From: a virus
Taxonomy: Duplodnaviria > Caudoviricetes
DNA length: 53,344 bases
Strand: one strand, 5' to 3'
Virus record (IMG/VR): IMGVR_UViG_3300023174_000007
Span: 1 to 53,344 of that record
The notes under the pieces were generated by a model. It ran no database searches. It was not told where the DNA came from and saw only the letters and a list, made by a program, of their open reading frames with translations. Each line of letters begins with the position of its first letter. Within the stretch, counting starts at the first letter, position 1. The position numbers and the translations under genes were made by a program. Positions 8,614 to 14,984 of the stretch are shown here, piece by piece.

Positions 8614-8808
8614 ATAAAGAAATTGTAATGAATCCTGACATATTACCTACGATGGAAGAATGGCGATTAATTTGTAAGATGGTTAAGCAACAACGTGAAT
8701 TAACTTATGAAGAAATATCAGATATTCGGGATAAACATTTAGCACCTAAAGATTGTAATATTTATACATTTGCAAAAGCAATCTTACAGAAAGCGAGTGA
8801 GAAATGAA
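8594..8808 (+). repeat. 21-bp direct repeat AGAAAGCGAGTGAGAAATGAA at gene junctions
   Basis: Exact copies at 8594-8614 and 8788-8808; variants at 8027-8047 and 8242-8262. Confidence 0.85.
8610..8807 (+). CDS. Hypothetical protein
   Basis: Coupled ORF ending FAKAILQKASEK. Confidence 0.7.
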   Translation: MNKEIVMNPDILPTMEEWRLICKMVKQQRELTYEEISDIRDKHLAPKDCNIYTFAKAILQKASEK

Positions 8809-8878
8809 CCAAAATATTTTTTGTAGCAAATGCCACAGAATACCTAGTCAATGTTGTTGTAAAGCCGAAAGTAAATGA
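8804..8878 (+). CDS. 24-aa Cys-rich microprotein (not in ORF track)
   Basis: MNQNIFCSKCHRIPSQCCCKAESK; ATGA overlaps at both ends. Confidence 0.5.
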   Translation: MNQNIFCSKCHRIPSQCCCKAESK

Positions 8879-9174
8879 CTACCAAAGCAGAGCGTAAGCA
8901 CATGAAGTCTGTAGCTGAACTAGGTTGTGCTGTATGCCGCAGAATGGGTTACGCGGGAACGCCTGCGGAATTACATCATCCGAGGCGATTGGCGGGGGGC
9001 TGGGGACGTTCTGACAACATGAGTGTTATACCGCTCTGTCCTGAGCATCATCGTGGCGCTACGGGCTTGCATGGCCTCGGAACCAAAGGGTTCCCTAAAC
9101 ACTATGGGTACGACGAGGCTGACTTGCTTAGTGATACGCATAAATTGTTAGGTGTTGCAGATGTACAACATTAG
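8875..9174 (+). CDS. Ref-like/HNH zinc-binding nuclease
   Basis: LGCAVC, ELHH, IPLCPEHH, GLH motifs. Confidence 0.75.
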   Translation: MTTKAERKHMKSVAELGCAVCRRMGYAGTPAELHHPRRLAGGWGRSDNMSVIPLCPEHHRGATGLHGLGTKGFPKHYGYDEADLLSDTHKLLGVADVQH

Positions 9175-9240
9175 GGTTTTCCTTAGAAAATAAATATAAA
9201 AAGATGTTGACATCGTTTAACTCGGTGTTAAACTAGCATC
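9172..9240 (+). promoter_or_regulatory. Sigma70-type promoter with palindromic operator in the spacer
   Basis: AT-rich UP-like tract; TTGACA(9207)-N16-TAAACT(9229) with TG extension; GTTTAAC-N5-GTTAAAC at 9215-9233. Confidence 0.75.
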
Positions 9241-9288
9241 ACTGACTAAGCAAATGTTGCAAAGCAGGTAACCAAACGAAAGCGAATT

Positions 9289-9582
9289 ATGAAACTAAAC
9301 GACATCGAATTAACTCAAGTAGATACACTCGGTAACCTATTGGCTCAAATCGCCGAATTAACAAAGCAAGCTGACGCTATCAAAGACGGCATCAAAGACA
9401 GCGCCAGCTTAGGTGGTGACAAGGTCATCGAAGGTAACCTCTTCAAGGCTACATACATTGAAAGTAATCGCTCTGTAGTTGACAACAAAGCATTGTTAGC
9501 TGAGTTGGGCGCAACAGCAGAACAGATTGCTCGACATACAAAGACTACTGCTGTGTTCAGCGTAAAAGTTACATCACGATAA
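9289..9582 (+). CDS. Hypothetical protein
   Basis: 97-aa ORF directly after the promoter; N-terminal coiled coil. Confidence 0.8.
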   Translation: MKLNDIELTQVDTLGNLLAQIAELTKQADAIKDGIKDSASLGGDKVIEGNLFKATYIESNRSVVDNKALLAELGATAEQIARHTKTTAVFSVKVTSR

Positions 9583-9587
9583 ATAAA

Positions 9588-9605
9588 TAGCCCCTTCGGG
9601 GGCTA
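9588..9605. terminator. Hairpin TAGCCCC-TTCG-GGGGCTA (minus-strand terminator or mRNA-stabilising stem)
   Basis: Perfect 7-bp stem with cUUCGg loop; U-rich tail only on the minus strand. Confidence 0.6.
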
Positions 9606-9628
9606 ACCAAAACGAAAGCGAATCGGTT

Positions 9629-9832
9629 ATGAAGACAATTAATTTATGGATTTACCAAGAGGACACAAACGTGTTCATGGGCGAGAGTTCTGAGTTGTGC
9701 ATCAACACAAATGTTCCAGAATTAAAAGATACACCAATCGAATTTTGGGCTAACTCTTACGAGGATGTTCTTAACCAAGTCAAGACATATGCCAAGGCCA
9801 AGTTTGGCTCTGGCGTTATCAAATTATATTAA
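9629..9832 (+). CDS. Hypothetical protein
   Basis: 67-aa ORF in the early cluster. Confidence 0.7.
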   Translation: MKTINLWIYQEDTNVFMGESSELCINTNVPELKDTPIEFWANSYEDVLNQVKTYAKAKFGSGVIKLY

Positions 9833-9846
9833 TACAAAGGAATAAA

Positions 9847-10065
9847 ATGAAAACTTATGCGTTTGTAGCTTTAAACAAAACAAGTTCATCTGAAATATTT
9901 TTAGGTGATTTTGCAAAAATGCCTACTTTAATTCAGGCCAACAAAGAATTAAAGATGCGCAAGATTGCTTCCAAAGTCATTGCAGTTTTGGAGTCTTCCC
10001 GCGATGCAGAGTTGCGCTATGAGTCTATGGCGTGGTATTTAAAACCAGTGCAGGAGGTGGCGTAA
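9847..10065 (+). CDS. Hypothetical protein
   Basis: 72-aa ORF with AAGGA RBS. Confidence 0.7.
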   Translation: MKTYAFVALNKTSSSEIFLGDFAKMPTLIQANKELKMRKIASKVIAVLESSRDAELRYESMAWYLKPVQEVA

Positions 10066-10307
10066 TGAGAAGTCTAAAAGCAAAGTATCCAGACCTTGCG
10101 ACTATGGATGGTTATGACGAGGCAATCATTGGTGTTGTAACCAGAATGGGCTTAGAAGTAATTTGCTACGACTTAGATAAGGTCATCAAGATATTAATGA
10201 AGCAAGGCATGGACGAGCAGGATGCTTGGGACTGGTATCAGTTCAACATGGTTGGCTCGTGGATAGGTGAGCAGACTCCAGTGTTCTTAGAGAGGATTAC
10301 AGAATGA
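10065..10307 (+). CDS. Hypothetical phage protein
   Basis: GGAGG RBS, ATG 10065; DGYDEAIIG...YD...FNMVGSWIGEQTPVF. Confidence 0.75.
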   Translation: MRSLKAKYPDLATMDGYDEAIIGVVTRMGLEVICYDLDKVIKILMKQGMDEQDAWDWYQFNMVGSWIGEQTPVFLERITE

Positions 10308-10624
10308 GCGACCATGTCATTACTAACAGCCTGAATGGCAAGTTTAAATGCGAGTTCTGCGGGACAGAAGAGGAGCCGCCCTTCATGCCTGCGCCAATCA
10401 ACGTAATCATTGATGCTATGGATTACTTCATTGACACGCATAAGAAGTGTAAGAGGCCACAACCAGAGGCCGCTATGTCTGAGTACATCAAAGGGTTTAA
10501 CAGCGGCTATCAGTTCGTATTGCACGAGATAGAGACGTATATCAAACAATACCCAGACAACAAGTTTGCCTTGCAGGAGTTGTTGGAACATCTTAGGATG
10601 GAGGACAAGCCTGATGCAACTTAA
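10304..10624 (+). CDS. Hypothetical zinc-binding protein
   Basis: CEFC...H..C motif. Confidence 0.65.
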   Translation: MSDHVITNSLNGKFKCEFCGTEEEPPFMPAPINVIIDAMDYFIDTHKKCKRPQPEAAMSEYIKGFNSGYQFVLHEIETYIKQYPDNKFALQELLEHLRMEDKPDAT

Positions 10625-11657
10625 ATCAACGGTTGAGTTGGATGACATTACGATTGAATGCGCCAAGTCGTTTGATTTTGAGTTTGATGGAAACAGTACG
10701 TTTGATGTTCCAATATTAAAAGCGCCGCCTGAATTTCAAATTGGTTTGATTGTTGGCCCGTCAGGCTCAGGCAAATCTACGTTGCTTGCTCAGTTTGGGG
10801 ATGAGCGCCAAATTGATTGGGTTACAAACAAGTCTATATGCTCTCATTTCAATAGCGCAGAAGAGGCCATGACGCGATTGGGTGCAGTTGGCCTAAACTC
10901 TGTGCCTGTATGGGTCAAACCATATCATGTGCTATCAACTGGTGAGCGTTTTCGTGCAGACCTTGCGCGTCGTTTAGTTGATGGCGCGGTGATTGACGAG
11001 TTTACGTCGGTGGTTGACCGTAACGTGGCAAAGTCATGTTCTTACGCTACATCAAGGTATGTTCGTAAAGAGGGACTCAAAAACATTGTGTTCGCTACCT
11101 GCCACTATGACATTGTTGAGTGGTTACAACCAGATTGGGTGTTTGACACAACGGTTGGCGTGCTGTCAACAAGGGGGGTAGAAAGGCGACCAACTATTGA
11201 GTTGGAACTCGTACCGTCTACCGTTGGGGCATGGGCGCTATTCAGCAAGCATCACTATCTCACAGCAAACATCAATCGCTCTGCACGCTGTTGGGTTGCC
11301 AAATGGGAAAATACAGCAATTGGATTTGCCGCTGTGATACCAATGCCAAGTGGAACCCTTCAGAACGCATGGAGAGGCCATAGGACGGTAGTGTTGCCTG
11401 AGTTCCAAGGGTTGGGTATGGGTGTTCGTATCTCGGACGCTATGGGCATGATGGTGAGGGCGGAGGGTGGTAGGTATTTCAGCAAGTCTTCGTCGCCGCG
11501 TTTGGGTGAATATCGCAACAACTCGCCATTGTGGAAACCTACTAGCAAAAACCAAAAAGTACGAGGGGACTCAAAGAGTCAAAAGAAATGGACAAACCAA
11601 AATTACAGGCTGTCTCATGCAGAAAGGTTGTGTTATAGCCACGAATTTGTGGGTTAG
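10614..11657 (+). CDS. ABC-type ATPase fused to a GNAT-like acetyltransferase
   Basis: Walker A GPSGSGKS, signature LSTGE, Walker B IDEFTS, H-loop ATCH; C-terminal acyl-CoA motif VLPEFQGLGMG. Confidence 0.85.
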   Translation: MQLKSTVELDDITIECAKSFDFEFDGNSTFDVPILKAPPEFQIGLIVGPSGSGKSTLLAQFGDERQIDWVTNKSICSHFNSAEEAMTRLGAVGLNSVPVWVKPYHVLSTGERFRADLARRLVDGAVIDEFTSVVDRNVAKSCSYATSRYVRKEGLKNIVFATCHYDIVEWLQPDWVFDTTVGVLSTRGVERRPTIELELVPSTVGAWALFSKHHYLTANINRSARCWVAKWENTAIGFAAVIPMPSGTLQNAWRGHRTVVLPEFQGLGMGVRISDAMGMMVRAEGGRYFSKSSSPRLGEYRNNSPLWKPTSKNQKVRGDSKSQKKWTNQNYRLSHAERLCYSHEFVG

Positions 11658-11725
11658 GGAAAGTACCTAGTAAATATTTTAATAAAAGTGTTGACATTGT
11701 TTAATCTGGTGTTAAATTGTAATCA
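11654..11725 (+). promoter_or_regulatory. Sigma70-type promoter, sister of the 9207 promoter
   Basis: TTGACA(11691)-N16-TAAATT(11713); spacer box GTTTAATCTGGTGTTAAAT; similar upstream TTAGGG motif and AT tract. Confidence 0.75.
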
Positions 11726-11766
11726 CTGGAGCAATTAAGCCCCAGCTAACAGCGAAGGAAATAAAA

Positions 11767-12006
11767 ATGGAACTAAATATCAAACACTACAGTTGTTTTT
11801 TAATCAGGTTTGGCAATGAGGGTGAAGTTGCCCAAAACTCTCGCGGTCAATTACAAAACTTGTTTGACCACTTATTTGGTCACGAGGACGAGGATAGCCT
11901 TGAGCGTTTACAAATCACTCCATGTCACTCTGATGGTAATCCATGTTATGTAAACGATGACAATTCTTTAGTCTGGTTTAACTCTGATTTAGCGGCAATC
12001 AATTAA
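11767..12006 (+). CDS. Hypothetical protein
   Basis: AAGGA RBS; first gene after the promoter. Confidence 0.7.
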   Translation: MELNIKHYSCFLIRFGNEGEVAQNSRGQLQNLFDHLFGHEDEDSLERLQITPCHSDGNPCYVNDDNSLVWFNSDLAAIN

Positions 12007-12049
12007 TCAAAACCGAATCAAAAGCGAATCGAAATCGAAAGGGAATCAA

Positions 12050-12295
12050 ATGGCTTACATAGCAAAAATAGAATCAAGAGTAGCAGGCATACCTTGCCTG
12101 ATTGGCGTATTTACCTTTGACAGCGTAGACGGTTGCCATAGCGCTGACAGCGACGTTGACTACTACGGGTACACCGAGTCTGATTGGGAAGTTCTAGACC
12201 GTCGTGGTCGCCCAGCAGGGTGGTTATCTAAGAAGTTGACTAGCAAAGAAACAGACCGCATTGAAACTGAAATCGTTGAATATTTTAATAATTAA
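12050..12295 (+). CDS. Hypothetical phage protein
   Basis: GIPCLIGV...DYYGY...VLDRRGRPA.WL motif. Confidence 0.75.
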   Translation: MAYIAKIESRVAGIPCLIGVFTFDSVDGCHSADSDVDYYGYTESDWEVLDRRGRPAGWLSKKLTSKETDRIETEIVEYFNN

Positions 12296-12305
12296 GGAAA
12301 ATACT

Positions 12306-12500
12306 ATGACAAACGAAATTGAAACAATCATTTATACAGAAGACAGTGTCCGCTTATCAGTCTCCGAGTGGGACGACGGCGGTGCATGGCTCCACTTGCA
12401 GGTCAAGGGTGGCAGTTCTAGTGCAATACTTACGCGAAAAGAGGCAGAACAGCTTATGGCTGGCCTGCAAGCCATCTTGGCGAAAGAGTTGACAGCATGA
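12306..12500 (+). CDS. Hypothetical protein
   Basis: AAGGA RBS, ATG 12306. Confidence 0.7.
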   Translation: MTNEIETIIYTEDSVRLSVSEWDDGGAWLHLQVKGGSSSAILTRKEAEQLMAGLQAILAKELTA

Positions 12501-12691
12501 ACATGGGCGACCTGATGAATCAGATGGAGGCCGAACTGCTCAAGCAGTTTAAGGCCATCGACCCAGTGCAGTTGGCCGAGGAGGAGCGCCAGCGCCAGAA
12601 ACAGCGCGAGTACGAAGCCAAACATACGGCCATCGAGACCGACGCAGACCGTGCCAACTCTGACGAGTACCCCGAGGAGGGTGAGGAATGA
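12497..12691 (+). CDS. Hypothetical acidic protein
   Basis: Coupled ORF with GC-rich codons. Confidence 0.65.
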   Translation: MNMGDLMNQMEAELLKQFKAIDPVQLAEEERQRQKQREYEAKHTAIETDADRANSDEYPEEGEE

Positions 12692-12855
12692 GAGAAGAAA
12701 CCTTGCTTCAGAAGATTGCAATTGTTATAATGTTTATAGCGGCATTACTTTTAATGGTATGGGTTCCTGACTTTACGTTGAGTCAAGAGGACTGCACTAA
12801 GCAAAGTAGTTACGCATATGTTGATAACCTTTGTAGCCAATCGAAAACGAATTGA
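12688..12855 (+). CDS. 55-aa membrane-anchored protein (not in ORF track)
   Basis: GAGG RBS, ATGA overlap, N-terminal TM segment and two Cys. Confidence 0.6.
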   Translation: MREETLLQKIAIVIMFIAALLLMVWVPDFTLSQEDCTKQSSYAYVDNLCSQSKTN

Positions 12856-12968
12856 AAGCGAATTAAAACCGAGTCGGTTTCCTTGCCGACACAAGCATTA
12901 AGATGGCGAACCTAAAGCGAATCGTTTACACTAATGACATTCGCTCACCTACATGGGGATTACGGGTT

Positions 12969-13574
12969 ATGCCAGAAACCATCAAGAAGCCTGCCAAGGC
13001 ATCCAAACCTACTAAGGCTAGTAAGCCTACAGTCACGCCCAAAAAAGGCATGGATGGCGTGAATATAGATACTGCGCACGCTAAAACACCTAAGCCAACA
13101 GGACGCCCAACAAAGTTCAACCAACAGACAGCAGACCTCATATGCATGATGCTAAGTGAGGGAATGAGCCTAAGACAAATACTAAAGGCTGATAAGGTAG
13201 GGAAGCTACCAGCGCAGAGTACGATTTACGAGTGGTTAATACGCCACCCTCTCTTTGCGGAGCAATACGCACGCGCCCGTGAGGAGCAGGCCGACACCAA
13301 CGCTGACGAAATTCTGGAGATTGCGGATGAGCATCCCCCTGAGTTTACTGATGACAAGGGTCGCACCCTTCTTGACCATACCTACATCGCTTGGCAGAAA
13401 CAACGCATTGAGGCTAGAAAGTGGACAGCTATGAAGCTGAAGCCTAAGAAGTACGGTGACCGCGTAGCGCTCGAAGGCGTAGAAGGCGGAGCCGCCATCA
13501 AGACCGAGGACACTAGCGCTAACAAGTTCCTTGAGGTTATTAAGAACATGGAGATGAACAAGCGTGCTGGCTGA
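12969..13574 (+). CDS. terS: Terminase small subunit (Sf6/P22-like)
   Basis: GRPTKF...ICMMLSEGMSLRQI...STIYEWL...YARARE...ARKWTAMKLKPKKYGD; directly upstream of terL. Confidence 0.88.
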   Translation: MPETIKKPAKASKPTKASKPTVTPKKGMDGVNIDTAHAKTPKPTGRPTKFNQQTADLICMMLSEGMSLRQILKADKVGKLPAQSTIYEWLIRHPLFAEQYARAREEQADTNADEILEIADEHPPEFTDDKGRTLLDHTYIAWQKQRIEARKWTAMKLKPKKYGDRVALEGVEGGAAIKTEDTSANKFLEVIKNMEMNKRAG

Positions 13575-14982
13575 GTTGCTCTCAGACCCAGATGTGCAGG
13601 CGGAGTTCAACGCTCAGGCCGACCATGACCGTATTGCCCAGATTGCTCATGCTACTTGGGTAGCGAGCGCCCACCGCTACCAAATACCGCCGCCCTTGGA
13701 GTATGACTATACTATATGGATGATGCTTGCTGGTCGAGGGGCAGGGAAAACCCGTAGTGCCGCCGAGGCTCTATGGTGGTGGGCATGGACTCACCCTGAA
13801 TCAAGGTGTTTAGTCCTCGCGCCCACATCGAACGATATTAAGTTCACCTGCTTCGAGGGACAGAGTGGATTACTCGCCTGCATCCCTAAAGACTTAGTGG
13901 TGGACTACAACAAGCAAGACCACCAGATTAAGTTATCCAACGGTTCTATCATTCGCGGTATCTCTGGCGACTCCTACGAGCGATTACGAGGCCCACAGTT
14001 CCACTTTGCTTGGTGCGATGAGTTAGCGGCCTTCCAATACCTTGGCTCTGGTGAGGCGTGGGATATGATGATGATGGGCTTACGTTTGGGTGACAAGCCG
14101 CGTGTCATTGTGACAACGACGCCGCGCCCGAAGGACTTGATACTCGACTTAGTAGGGCGCGAAGGTGAGGACGTGGTCATCGACCGCGCTAGTACCTACG
14201 AGAACGAGCAGAACCTAGCCTCATCCTTCAGACAGCAGTTAGAGCAGTACAAGGGTAGCAAGCTGTATCAGCAGGAGGTTATGGGGGAGATTGTTGACCT
14301 CGAAGACGGTAAGGTTGTCAGCCGCGATATGTTCAAACTGTACCCGCATGACAAACCATTCCCTAAGTTCGAGTTCATAGTCCAAAGCTATGACTGCGCC
14401 TTTAGCGATAAAGAGTACAACGACCCTACTGCTATGACAACGTGGGGCGTATTCAAGCCTATGGACGGGCCTATGTCTGTCCTTCTCATCGACTGTTGGG
14501 CTGAACACCTAACCTTCCCCTTACTCAAGCCTAAAGTGCTAGAGGAGTGGAGAGTCTCCTACGGCGAAGGGAAGGAGGCCAAACGCCCTGACCTTATCTT
14601 AGTCGAGGACAAGGCGGCGGGTATCTCCCTGATTCAAGAACTGCGAGCGGCTCACTTGCCCGTGCGAGGCTATAACCCCGGCAAAGCTGACAAGATGCAG
14701 AGGCTACAGATAACGGCATCCATCTTTGCAACTGGGCGTGTTTGGCTACCAGAGTCGAGCCAACGCAAGGGCTACGTCAAGGATTGGTGCGAAGGCTTCC
14801 TAAGCCAGATATGCTCCTTCCCAGACTCAACGCATGACGACTATGTCGATAGCGCAACACAAGCGATTCGCTTAATGAAGGACATGGGTTTCCTAGACAT
14901 AAACCCTGAGCCGAGATATGATGACGATGAAGACGAATATGCTTATACCCGCAAAGAGCGGGTCAACCCTTACGCGGTGTAA
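13564..14982 (+). CDS. terL: Terminase large subunit
   Basis: AGRGAGKT Walker A, LRGPQF..AWCDE Walker B, TTTP coupling motif, SYDCA and HDDYVDS nuclease motifs. Confidence 0.96.
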   Translation: MLAELLSDPDVQAEFNAQADHDRIAQIAHATWVASAHRYQIPPPLEYDYTIWMMLAGRGAGKTRSAAEALWWWAWTHPESRCLVLAPTSNDIKFTCFEGQSGLLACIPKDLVVDYNKQDHQIKLSNGSIIRGISGDSYERLRGPQFHFAWCDELAAFQYLGSGEAWDMMMMGLRLGDKPRVIVTTTPRPKDLILDLVGREGEDVVIDRASTYENEQNLASSFRQQLEQYKGSKLYQQEVMGEIVDLEDGKVVSRDMFKLYPHDKPFPKFEFIVQSYDCAFSDKEYNDPTAMTTWGVFKPMDGPMSVLLIDCWAEHLTFPLLKPKVLEEWRVSYGEGKEAKRPDLILVEDKAAGISLIQELRAAHLPVRGYNPGKADKMQRLQITASIFATGRVWLPESSQRKGYVKDWCEGFLSQICSFPDSTHDDYVDSATQAIRLMKDMGFLDINPEPRYDDDEDEYAYTRKERVNPYAV

Positions 14983-14984
14983 CT

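Noticed and set aside
8027-8808. Spaced 21-bp repeats as a CRISPR array or attC sites
   Set aside because: Spacing is gene-sized (about 190-350 bp); the repeats are coding and non-palindromic; no integron integrase.
10614-11200. ABC transporter
   Set aside because: No permease or substrate-binding gene; the ATPase is fused to a GNAT-like domain.
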